From: Nitrospinota bacterium
GTDB taxonomy: Bacteria > UBA8248
Assembly (NCBI GenBank): GCA_046581755.1
Contig: JAYGFR010000311.1
Span: 1-20,993 of the forward strand
Length of the DNA: 20,993 nucleotides
Direction: 5' to 3'
In this document: positions 8,351 to 16,422 of the stretch, piece after piece
Layout: every line of letters begins with the position of its first letter
Numbering within the stretch: position 1 is the stretch's first letter
Notes under the pieces: model-generated
Told to the model about the DNA's origin: nothing
The model's input: the letters and a program-made list of their open reading frames with translations, nothing else
The model's database searches: none
Position numbers and translations under genes: made by a program

Positions 8351-9003
8351 CAAAGCTGCGGAAGCCCCGGCGTGGCCTGCTTCGGGAGTTCCCCGTTTTC
8401 GAGGATATGGTTGATCACGAAGCGGTAGTTTTCCCTCGGGACGGCGCCGACGAGCAACGCTTCTCCGTTCACGACCACCGTGGGAATCCCCGTAATGCCC
8501 CGGTTGATCGCCTCGGTGTATTCCTTGATCGCATTATCGTGGTGTAGCTCGCTCGCCACCTCTTCGCGGAACAGGTCCACGTCGAGGCCGCTTTTCCCTG
8601 CCACATCGCACAGGACATCGAGTGTCGAGATATCGCGGCTATCCGTAAAAAGAGCCGCGAGGAGGTTCATGTGAAAGGCATCCCATTTTTCCAGGCCCTG
8701 GGCCCGGGCGGCCAAGCCCGCCTGAGCGGACGGCATCGAGCAGATGGGATAGTCTCCTCCTCCCTCCCACATATTATATTCGCCCGATTCCGGTTGGTCG
8801 TTGCAGCGCTCCCAGTTGCCCCGGCGGTAGTCGTTGAAAACGGCCGTGGGATCGGGCTCGGGACGGAGCATAAATACGCAGGGCTCGATCTCCACCTTTT
8901 CCCCATACTCTTCCTTGATCATCTTCAGGCGCACGGCCGAATTGAAGCACCAGGGTCACAAAAAATCGCTGTAGACGGTCAACCGGACAACATCTTGGCT
9001 CAT
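8350..9003 (-). CDS. DsbA/FrnE-family thioredoxin-fold oxidoreductase, probable selenoprotein (UPWC), 217 aa
   Basis: AGGAG RBS and ATG 9003 give MSQDVVRLTVYSDFL-TGA(8958..8956)-PWCFNSAVRL, in frame with the 194-aa ORF. C-terminal GITGIPTVVVNG..LVGA cis-Pro loop. Confidence 0.88.
8923..8947 (-). promoter_or_regulatory. Candidate bacterial SECIS hairpin
   Basis: Begins 8 nt after the UGA: CUUCA-(AUUC bulge)-GGC-loop CGUGC-GCC-UGAAG. Folded by eye only. Confidence 0.5.
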
Positions 9004-9013
9004 GAGGAATCTC

Positions 9014-9907
9014 CTATGAATTATCGCGCTCGAATCTCACTTTGATGGGCGTTCCCCTGCCCGCATTGAGTTCATCCGACGCCCTTCCCTCGGGCAGGAA
9101 AATTTCCAGGCGGGACCAGCTATTGAAATGCGCCCCGAACCGGCCCGTTTCGGTTTCTTGATAACACTCGTTCAGCCTACGGATGGTGGCGCCGGCAACC
9201 TCGATAAGGGGGATAAGCGTTTCCTCCTCCTCGCCCGCGAGGCTCTCGCCGTCCCAGAAGACGCCCGTATCGATGTTCGTGATCAGGTTGCCGAAGTGAT
9301 CGACATATATCACCTCTCCGTCGATACCGCCTCCTGGCCGGACATGGCTTTGGGAAATTCGCAGCTTCACAGGGTCATCAATGGGAGGGCCGAAATCCTC
9401 GGGGTCCTCGCCCGCCGAAAGATATCCCGCCACCGGAGCGAATATGTCGCGCCCGTGGAAGGTGGAGCTGACTTTTTCCAGGAAAAAATCCACGGCCCGG
9501 AGATCCCGCACCCACCTAAAACCGGGATCTTCATATACGTAGGAAAATATTCCGTTATCGGGTCCTACGAAGAAATAATTCTCGGTGGCCACGAGAATGC
9601 CGCGGCGGACCCCGCCGACGCCGGGGTCCACTACCGCCATGTGGATCGTCCCCCTGGGAAAATAGTGGTAGGCCGCCATGAGGATTTCAGCCCCGACCTC
9701 GATGTTGTAGGGTTCGATGGAATGGGAAATGTCCACGATGTGGACTTCCGGGTTTACCCCGAAAATGACACCCTTCATCACGGCCACTGAGTTGTCGTCG
9801 GTCCCGAAATCGGACAAAAGCGTAATGACTCGGCGGGATCTTTCCTGCTCGTCGAGTTCAGGCGTGCCCTCATCGTAGGGATCGTGCCGCGTTTGCTCCT
9901 CGCTCAT
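9014..9907 (-). CDS. DUF62 SAM hydroxide adenosyltransferase (SAM hydrolase; fluorinase/chlorinase superfamily)
   Basis: ITLLSDFG, VVDPGVGGVRR, GPDNG, STFHGRDIFAP, VDHFGNLITNI. Confidence 0.93.
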   Translation of the reverse strand: MSEEQTRHDPYDEGTPELDEQERSRRVITLLSDFGTDDNSVAVMKGVIFGVNPEVHIVDISHSIEPYNIEVGAEILMAAYHYFPRGTIHMAVVDPGVGGVRRGILVATENYFFVGPDNGIFSYVYEDPGFRWVRDLRAVDFFLEKVSSTFHGRDIFAPVAGYLSAGEDPEDFGPPIDDPVKLRISQSHVRPGGGIDGEVIYVDHFGNLITNIDTGVFWDGESLAGEEEETLIPLIEVAGATIRRLNECYQETETGRFGAHFNSWSRLEIFLPEGRASDELNAGRGTPIKVRFERDNS

Positions 9908-11355
9908 CTCGCCGCAACCCCCGAAAGAACCTCTCCTCGGGCCTCGATGGGCGCCCGCCCACCCGAACCCGCGCCCGGCTCAAGCCGCATTGGAACCAAC
10001 TCCCCGATCCACTCGTCCGGCCCGACCGCCATAACCCGCACATAGTTATCCGTCAGGCCGCTCAGGAGGCCGTCATCCCGGCGGCCTTCAAACAATACTT
10101 CCGCCTCGGCTCCGGCCTGAGAGGCCGCGAACGCCGCCCATTTTCGCCTTCCAAGCTCTTGGAGAGCGCGCACGCGGCGCTTCACCTCGGTGCCGTGCAA
10201 CCGGCCCTCAAGGGAGGCCGCCAGCGTGTTCTCCCGCGGCGAATAGGGAAACACGTGCAAATACGCGATCGGCGCTTCGCGGACCCATTCCAGGCTCCTC
10301 TCGAACGCCCGCTCGCTTTCGCCGGGGAAGCCAACGATGAAATCCGCGCCGAGGCAAACTCCGGGAAGGGCGCTCGCCAGCTCGGAAAACCGTCTGGCGC
10401 ACCGATCCGCCGTATAATTCCGCCCCATCGCCCGGAGGATGCAATCGTCCCCGCTTTGCACCGGGATGTGAAAATGCCGGCACAAATAGGGTCCGTCCTC
10501 CTTCTTCCCGAACGCCCCCCAGCGGGTGACGCGCACGAGTTCGCGGGTCACTTCCCCCGGCTCCACCGAGGAGAGCCGCACCCGCCCCAACTCACCCATG
10601 CCGAGCATCCGCTCCAGAAGCTGGCTGAGCGTCCGGCGAGGTTTCAGATCACGTCCATAGGCCCCCAGATGGATGCCCGTGAGAACGATTTCTTTGTGGC
10701 CGCCTTCGGTCAAGCGCTGGGCGTGTTCGAGGCATTCCCCCGCATCGAGCGACCGGCTCGGTCCGCGGGCGAGGGTGGTGGCGCAAAATGTGCACGAAAA
10801 ATTGCACCCGTCCTGAACCTTGAGGTAGGCCCGCGTGCGTCCTTCGAAATGAGGCAAGGGAAATACATCCATCTGGCTCCGCTCCTGGATGGATGCGACC
10901 CGGATTTCGGGAAGCGGGCCGTCCCCGCCGGGCGGGCACTCCCCTCTGCGGGCGGGTTTACCCAAGTGCTCCGGCAGGCGCATCTTTTCGGCGTTTCCAA
11001 GCAGAAGGTCCACTTCGGGGATGCGCATCCTCTCCGAGTTGGCCTGGGCCGAGCAGCCAGCGATGATGACCTGCGCGCCCACTGGAGCCCGGCGCCTCGC
11101 CTGGCGGGCCAACCGCCTGCCCTCGCGGTCCGCCTCGGAGGTCACCGTACAGGTATTGATGACGTAGATATCCGCCTCCCCGCCGAAGGGAACCAGGTCG
11201 TATCCGCTCTGGGCGCAGAGATGGCGCATCGCCTCCCCCTCGGCCTGGTTGAGTTTGCAACCCAAACTGAAGATGGCAATTCGCTGATTGGGAACTTTGA
11301 AACTATTCGTCTCGTACAAAGAAATTCCCCTGGAGAGCGTGCATGGCACGGCCAT
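9904..11355 (-). CDS. mtaB: tRNA (N6-threonylcarbamoyladenosine(37)-C2)-methylthiotransferase
   Basis: SLGCKLNQ, INTCTVT, radical SAM CNFSCTFC, RTRAYLKVQDGC, LHVFPYSPR, C-terminal GLTDNY. The true start may be TTG 11319 (AGGGGA RBS). Confidence 0.92.
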   Translation of the reverse strand: MAVPCTLSRGISLYETNSFKVPNQRIAIFSLGCKLNQAEGEAMRHLCAQSGYDLVPFGGEADIYVINTCTVTSEADREGRRLARQARRRAPVGAQVIIAGCSAQANSERMRIPEVDLLLGNAEKMRLPEHLGKPARRGECPPGGDGPLPEIRVASIQERSQMDVFPLPHFEGRTRAYLKVQDGCNFSCTFCATTLARGPSRSLDAGECLEHAQRLTEGGHKEIVLTGIHLGAYGRDLKPRRTLSQLLERMLGMGELGRVRLSSVEPGEVTRELVRVTRWGAFGKKEDGPYLCRHFHIPVQSGDDCILRAMGRNYTADRCARRFSELASALPGVCLGADFIVGFPGESERAFERSLEWVREAPIAYLHVFPYSPRENTLAASLEGRLHGTEVKRRVRALQELGRRKWAAFAASQAGAEAEVLFEGRRDDGLLSGLTDNYVRVMAVGPDEWIGELVPMRLEPGAGSGGRAPIEARGEVLSGVAAR

Positions 11356-11374
11356 GTCACTGAGATTTCAGATG

Positions 11375-11403
11375 ATTTTATGATGCTCCCCTATCGCCCG
11401 CAA
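11375..11403 (-). promoter_or_regulatory. Putative sigma70 promoter of the mtaB operon
   Basis: Minus strand TTGCGG-17 nt-TAAAAT. Confidence 0.55.
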
Positions 11404-11415
11404 GGGCGCAATCAC

Positions 11416-11445
11416 TTGACGGCGGATAGGGGGAACTGATACGTT
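11416..11445 (+). promoter_or_regulatory. Putative sigma70 promoter of the cox-like operon
   Basis: TTGACG-18 nt-TACGTT with an extended TG; back-to-back with the mtaB promoter. Confidence 0.5.
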
Positions 11446-11624
11446 GGCCGCGGAATTTCCGGAGGGGTGGAGTTCATTGAAACAATCTCCCAACATTGAT
11501 TTTCTTGGGGTTTCGACCGGGTAATGGGCTGTTTGCCCCCTCCACCGGGAAAGTGATTGAGCCTTTTTCCTCCGTTTGAGAGCCCATCCTGGATGGGCGC
11601 AGACACGAAAGGCAGGGGTGAGCA

Positions 11625-12491
11625 TTGCGGGGATTCGAATTTGTAGTTCCAACCACGGTACCGGCCGCCCTGAAAGCGGCCAAGGGAAAGAAATATAAAT
11701 TCATTGCCGGCGGGACGAATTTCATGCCCGACCTTCGCCACGACCACAGCGGCGAAACCAAGATCGTAATCGATCTCATGCGGATCAAGACGCTGGGGGG
11801 GATTTCGGCGGCAAAGGGAACGATCAAGCTCGGCGCCCTGGCGACGGTGACGGATCTGATCGAAAGCAAATTGATCGCCCGGGAGGCTCCCATCCTACGG
11901 GACATGGCCGCCAAGTTCGCCGGACCCATCATCCGCAACCGCGCAACGATGGCAGGGAATATCATCGACGGCGGACCCGCCGCCGATATCGTTCCGCCCC
12001 TTCTGGCGCTCAAGGCCGCCGTGAAACTGATCGGCCTAAAGGGAAGGCGGACGGTCGCTCTCGATAAGTTTCTCACCGGTTATCGCCAGATCGCGATCAA
12101 GTCCGGCGAAATCATCACCGAGATCACCTTCCCCTCGCCCGGGAAAAATCATCTTCACGGCTACTACAAGCTGGCGCGCCGGAACGCCATGGCAATCACC
12201 GTCGTCGGCGTCGCGGTCATCCTCAAGATGAAAGGGAAGATCTGCAAGGAAGCTGGCATCTCCCTTGGCTCCGTGAACCCAACGCCCATCCGGTGCTATG
12301 AGGCTGAAAAACTGCTCGCCGGAAAGGAAATTACGCTCGACCTCGCCCAAATCGTTGCCGAGGCGTGCGCCGCCGTGGCCACCCCGATTGACGATATCCG
12401 TGCTTCGGCCGAATACCGCAAACTCATGTGCGAAGTGCTTCCGCGCCGCCTAATTTGTCAGGCCGCCGGCATTTCAATCGACCCAACTTAA
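11625..12491 (+). CDS. Xanthine dehydrogenase/aerobic CO dehydrogenase family FAD-binding (medium) subunit, CoxM-like
   Basis: IAGGTNF, IRNRATMAGNI, PIDDIRASAEYR. TTG start after AGGGG. Confidence 0.93.
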   Translation: MRGFEFVVPTTVPAALKAAKGKKYKFIAGGTNFMPDLRHDHSGETKIVIDLMRIKTLGGISAAKGTIKLGALATVTDLIESKLIAREAPILRDMAAKFAGPIIRNRATMAGNIIDGGPAADIVPPLLALKAAVKLIGLKGRRTVALDKFLTGYRQIAIKSGEIITEITFPSPGKNHLHGYYKLARRNAMAITVVGVAVILKMKGKICKEAGISLGSVNPTPIRCYEAEKLLAGKEITLDLAQIVAEACAAVATPIDDIRASAEYRKLMCEVLPRRLICQAAGISIDPT

Positions 12492-12523
12492 AATCAGGCA
12501 ATTTCACCCTACTCAGGGAGACC

Positions 12524-13198
12524 ATGCTGAGAATGGCAGCCGCGACCAGAACAAAAGCCAAGGCGAAGAAAAAGGCAGCGTCCAAGAAAAAGACCGTGCG
12601 CAAGAGCGCCGCGAAAAAAAGCCCGGCCAAGAAAAAGGTCTCCAAAAAAACCGCCGCGAAAAAAACCGCTAAGAAGAAATCCGCGGCCAAGGCCAAAAGG
12701 AAGACACCCGCCCTCTACACGCCTCCCCGCAAATACTCGATCGCTTTTTCGGTCAACGGGGCTCGGGTTGAAACCGAGACTCCGGCGCATACATCCCTGC
12801 TCTACCTGCTGAGGGATCTCGGCTTCACGGAGGTGAAAAACGGATGTGAGGCGGGAGACTGCGGCGCCTGCACCATCCTGCTCGACGGGGTGGCCATCAA
12901 TGCCTGCGTTGCGCTGGGCGTTCAGGTAGACGGCAGAGAGATAACCACCGTCAAGGGAATTGGAACCGTTGAAAATCTTCACCCCATTCAAAAAAAATTC
13001 ATCGAGCACGGCGGCATTCAGTGCGGATTCTGCACGCCGGGCATGATCGTGGCGGCCAAGGCGTTACTGGATGACAATCCGTCCCCATCCCGGGAGGAAA
13101 TCAAAGTCGGGATTGCCGGGAACCTTTGCCGCTGCACGGGATATGTTAAAATAATCGACGCTATCGAAGCCGCTGCATCCGAAATGGCTTCCAGGTGA
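12524..13198 (+). CDS. 2Fe-2S small subunit (CoxS-like) with N-terminal Lys/Ala-rich histone H1-like extension
   Basis: GCEAGDCGACT, QCGFCTPG, GNLCRCTGY. Start ATG 12524 or 12533 after AGGGAG. Confidence 0.93.
   Translation: MLRMAAATRTKAKAKKKAASKKKTVRKSAAKKSPAKKKVSKKTAAKKTAKKKSAAKAKRKTPALYTPPRKYSIAFSVNGARVETETPAHTSLLYLLRDLGFTEVKNGCEAGDCGACTILLDGVAINACVALGVQVDGREITTVKGIGTVENLHPIQKKFIEHGGIQCGFCTPGMIVAAKALLDDNPSPSREEIKVGIAGNLCRCTGYVKIIDAIEAAASEMASR
12554..12703 (+). repeat. Low-complexity coding repeat (KKAA/KKTA/KKSA units)
   Basis: 50 codons containing 24 Lys and 2 Arg and no acidic residue. Confidence 0.85.
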
Positions 13199-13210
13199 AG
13201 GAAGGAAAAC

Positions 13211-14170
13211 GTGACCCCATCGCAAGCAGGCGGTAAAAATCACCGCAAGCCCTCTGGACCCGATCTTTCCTCGGCAGAAGCGGTACAGAAAAGCATTCGA
13301 GACAACGATTACATCGCCGATATGACCCTCGCGACGACTTTATTTCTTGCGCTCAAGCTCGAGAAGCCTCTATTTCTTGAGGGAGAGGCCGGGGTCGGGA
13401 AGACCGAACTGGCCAAGGTGCTGGCGAAACTGCTTGACACCGAATTGATTCGGCTTCAGTGCTACGAGGGTTTGGACTCCAACTCGGCCCTGTACGAGTG
13501 GAACTACGCCAAACAGCTTCTTCACATCAAGATGGAAGAGACGAACACGAACCAGGGCAACGCCAAGAAGGTCGAGCGGGACATTTTCAGCGAAGAGTAT
13601 CTGATCGAAAGGCCCCTTCTCCGCGCCCTCCTCCGCTCGAAGGAGAAGCCGGCGGTTCTTCTCATCGATGAAATCGACCGTTCCGACGAAGAGTTCGAGG
13701 CGTTTTTGCTCGAAATTCTCTCCGATTTCCAGATCACCATCCCCGAGATGGGCACCATCAAGGCCGTCCGGAATCCCGTCGTGATCCTTACAAGCAACCG
13801 GACTCGCGAGATTCACGACGCCTTGAAGCGCCGCTGTCTTTACCTTTGGGTGGATTATCCCTCTTTTGAAAAAGAGGTCGAGATCGTGACCACCAAGGTT
13901 CCGGAGGTGCCCATCAAACTCGCCGAACAGATATGCCGCTTCATGGCCCAGGCCCGGACGATGGATTTCTACAAGCGGCCCGGGGTCGCCGAGACCCTCG
14001 ATTGGGCCCAAGCGCTCATCGCCTTGCAAAAGGACGAACTGAATCCGACCGCGGTCCGGGAAACCCTCGGCTGCATCCTGAAATACCAGGACGATATCAA
14101 GCGAATTGAAGAAGACGGCATCGAAACCATGGTCGCCACGGCGCTGCTTTCCCCCGAGGTGGAGGTCTAG
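13211..14170 (+). CDS. MoxR-family AAA+ ATPase, CoxD-like
   Basis: Walker A GEAGVGKT, RLQCYEG, LYEWNY, Walker B LLIDEIDR, TSNRTREIHDALKRRC, PGVAETLDW. Confidence 0.93.
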   Translation: MTPSQAGGKNHRKPSGPDLSSAEAVQKSIRDNDYIADMTLATTLFLALKLEKPLFLEGEAGVGKTELAKVLAKLLDTELIRLQCYEGLDSNSALYEWNYAKQLLHIKMEETNTNQGNAKKVERDIFSEEYLIERPLLRALLRSKEKPAVLLIDEIDRSDEEFEAFLLEILSDFQITIPEMGTIKAVRNPVVILTSNRTREIHDALKRRCLYLWVDYPSFEKEVEIVTTKVPEVPIKLAEQICRFMAQARTMDFYKRPGVAETLDWAQALIALQKDELNPTAVRETLGCILKYQDDIKRIEEDGIETMVATALLSPEVEV

Positions 14171-14188
14171 CAGGCCCCCGGGACCGTC

Positions 14189-15457
14189 ATGAGCCTTCGA
14201 CCTACCGTTGCCGGTTCGCTTCCCCGCCGGAAGATACGAACTCCAGGCCATAGAATCGAGGGAGAGATCATCGGCTTCTGCCGCGTCCTTCGGCGCGGCG
14301 GCCTGAAGATCACCTCCGGCCGCATCATCGATGTATTCCGCTCCTTCGAGCACCTCGATGTCACCAACCTCGATTATGTCTACGCGGCCACATGTTCGAA
14401 CCTCGTTTCGAGTCACGATGAATTGCCCTTGTTCGACGCCGTTTTCCGCCGCTACTGGTTCGACGAAGCCGGGAACCCTTACTCCGGCGACAACTCCGAG
14501 GCGATGGGCGACATTTTCGATGAGGACATTCCCGATGGCGCCGGCGAGGAGGGCGCGGGGGGCGAGAAAAGCGAGGATGCCGAGAACCAGGAACACAAAG
14601 AGGGCTCGGAACCCTCCGGCCTCCCGGTGGACGATGACGACAACGCCGCCAGCGAGGCGGGAGAGGCCGATGAGGACGACGAAGGAATCCCCTCCTACAG
14701 CGCGGCCGAGGTCCTGGGAAACAAGGATTTCTCCAGCTTCGAAGCCGATCAGATCGCCGAGCTTCGCCGGCTTATCGCCAAAATCGTCCCCAAGCTGGCC
14801 ACGAAGATCAGCCGCCGCAAGAAAAACGATATAAGGGCCCGGGACATTGACCTCAAAAGGAGCGTCAAGCGGAGCATACAGACGGGGGGCGAGGTTCTCC
14901 GCCTATTCCGGAGAAAGCGGAAAATCCAGAAGACCCAGCTCATCCTGATTTGCGATGTATCGGGTTCGATGGACAGCTACAGCCAGTTTTTGATCCAGTT
15001 CCTCTACAGCCTCCAAAACGAAATCAAGTCCCTGCGCACATTCGTTTTCAGCACACGCCTTTCCGACGCGACCCCCTACCTTCGCCACAAAGACGTGAAG
15101 GTCGCCCTCCAGCGCCTCGCCAGCGAGGTTCACGACTGGAGCGGGGGCACGCAAATCGGAAACTGCCTGCGCACGTTCAATTTTGAATTCGGAAGAACCA
15201 TCGTAAACAGCCGGACGATCGTCCTGATCATCTCGGACGGCTGGGACCGGGGCGACACCGATATCCTCGCCGAGGAGATGGAGCGTCTCAGCAAAAAATG
15301 CCACCGGCTGATCTGGCTGAACCCGCTCCTGGGCAGTCCGGGCTACCGGCCCATCGACCGGGGAATGCGGACAGCCCTTCCCTTCTGCGACAACTTCATG
15401 TCGGCCCACAACCTCGATAGCCTCGTCCAGATGACCGATCATATTTCAAAAGTGTAG
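14189..15457 (+). CDS. VWA domain protein, CoxE-like
   Basis: MIDAS DVSGSM, FVFSTRL, WSGGTQIG, IISDGWDRG, LIWLNP, with an acidic linker in the N-terminal half. Confidence 0.92.
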   Translation: MSLRPTVAGSLPRRKIRTPGHRIEGEIIGFCRVLRRGGLKITSGRIIDVFRSFEHLDVTNLDYVYAATCSNLVSSHDELPLFDAVFRRYWFDEAGNPYSGDNSEAMGDIFDEDIPDGAGEEGAGGEKSEDAENQEHKEGSEPSGLPVDDDDNAASEAGEADEDDEGIPSYSAAEVLGNKDFSSFEADQIAELRRLIAKIVPKLATKISRRKKNDIRARDIDLKRSVKRSIQTGGEVLRLFRRKRKIQKTQLILICDVSGSMDSYSQFLIQFLYSLQNEIKSLRTFVFSTRLSDATPYLRHKDVKVALQRLASEVHDWSGGTQIGNCLRTFNFEFGRTIVNSRTIVLIISDGWDRGDTDILAEEMERLSKKCHRLIWLNPLLGSPGYRPIDRGMRTALPFCDNFMSAHNLDSLVQMTDHISKV

Positions 15458-15522
15458 GGATACGTTTTATCCGGAGTTCATCCCCTTTCCTATTCTCTTC
15501 CCTCCGCGGCGAATTTCCGCTA

Positions 15523-15528
15523 TATAAT
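15523..15528 (+). promoter_or_regulatory. Putative -10 element upstream of the GlnR-like regulator
   Basis: Perfect TATAAT 44 nt before ATG 15573; no clear -35. Confidence 0.4.
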
Positions 15529-15572
15529 CTGGTCCCGATTTGCCGAATTCCTCGGCGGGGAGAGCTGCACCG

Positions 15573-16241
15573 ATGGCGAACCTTCTGATCTTTACGGCCG
15601 ACGACGGTTTTGCGGAGGCGCTCACTAGAGCGCTTCGCCGCGAAGGTCACTTTTGCAAGGTGGCCGAGGACGAGGACACGGCCCTTCAAGAGGTCCGCGC
15701 CCGCGGGCTTTCACTCATATTGCTCGACGACGCGCCTGCGCTACCCAGCGTGGAGGAAATTCGGAATTGGACCCTTCTGCCCATTCTCCTCATCGCGGAT
15801 CCGAGCCGAATCGAAACCCTCCGGACCCCTCTCGAGGCGGACGACTTGCTCGTCAAACCCGTCCGGGAAGAGGAACTGCTCTTCCGGGTCCAAAATTTAT
15901 GCGAGGGAAAAGAGTCCCTCGAAAAGGGAACACCCCAGGGCGGCCACAAGACGGACGGCCTTGTCCTCGACGAGGACCATTATGAGATCCGCCTCAATGG
16001 CGCACTCATCGATCTCACCTTCCGGGAATTTGAGCTTCTGAAACACCTGATGCGAAACCCAGGAAGGGTGTTCGACCGCAACCAGCTTTTGAACCTCGTC
16101 TGGGGCGTGGACTACATCGGTGGCCCCCGGACGGTGGACGTTCACGTCCGCCGCATTCGCGCGAAAATCGAGGCCGAAGGCCAGACCTTCATCAACACCA
16201 TCCGGGGTGTGGGCTACAAATTCAACACGGGGACCGAATAG
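15573..16241 (+). CDS. Orphan OmpR-family response regulator, GlnR-like
   Basis: Start ATG 15573 (GGGGAG RBS). The wHTH DLTFREFELLKHLMRNPGRVFDRNQLLNLVWGVDYIGGPRTVDVHVRRIRAK closely resembles actinobacterial GlnR. Degenerate receiver domain; directly upstream of amtB-glnA. Confidence 0.85.
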   Translation: MANLLIFTADDGFAEALTRALRREGHFCKVAEDEDTALQEVRARGLSLILLDDAPALPSVEEIRNWTLLPILLIADPSRIETLRTPLEADDLLVKPVREEELLFRVQNLCEGKESLEKGTPQGGHKTDGLVLDEDHYEIRLNGALIDLTFREFELLKHLMRNPGRVFDRNQLLNLVWGVDYIGGPRTVDVHVRRIRAKIEAEGQTFINTIRGVGYKFNTGTE

Positions 16242-16297
16242 CCCGGCCGCGTTACGCATCCCCGTGGCACCGCCGGCAAGCGGCCGCGCCGCCTGAT

Positions 16298-16341
16298 TTA
16301 ACTCCTCCGAAACTCACCGGTAACATTCCCGAAACACACCG
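16298..16341 (+). promoter_or_regulatory. Tandem GlnR box (two a-b sites) upstream of amtB
   Basis: TTAAC-n6-GAAAC-n6-GTAAC-n6-GAAAC. The two 22-bp units are identical at 16/22 positions and match the Streptomyces GlnR consensus gTnAc-n6-GaAAc-n6. Confidence 0.85.
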
Positions 16342-16422
16342 GCCCTAGCATCTCGATCATTATAGCGATGGCCACTCAGAGGCATCATTCGAAAAAAATA
16401 CTCCCCCAACGGAGGATTCCAG

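Noticed and set aside
8350..9003. Pseudogene interpretation of the DsbA-like gene
   Set aside because: The only stop is a TGA exactly at the catalytic Cys position; RBS, frame and operon coupling are intact. Sec recoding is more parsimonious, though unproven.
9014..9907. Fluorinase or chlorinase
   Set aside because: TFHGRD with the Asp-Arg-His triad indicates the hydrolase branch; no secondary-metabolite context.
10159..11439. 426-aa plus-strand ORF
   Set aside because: Antisense to mtaB; typical GC-rich shadow ORF.
13370..14596. 408-aa minus-strand ORF
   Set aside because: Antisense to the coxD/coxE-like genes; no motifs.
11625..15457. Calling the cluster a true aerobic CO dehydrogenase
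   Set aside because: The diagnostic CoxL active-site motif cannot be examined because no large subunit is present.
16298..16341. 22-bp direct repeat as a CRISPR remnant or Pho box
   Set aside because: Only two abutting units, no spacers or cas genes. The pentamers fit GlnR rather than the PhoB CTGTCAT consensus, and the downstream genes are nitrogen-related.
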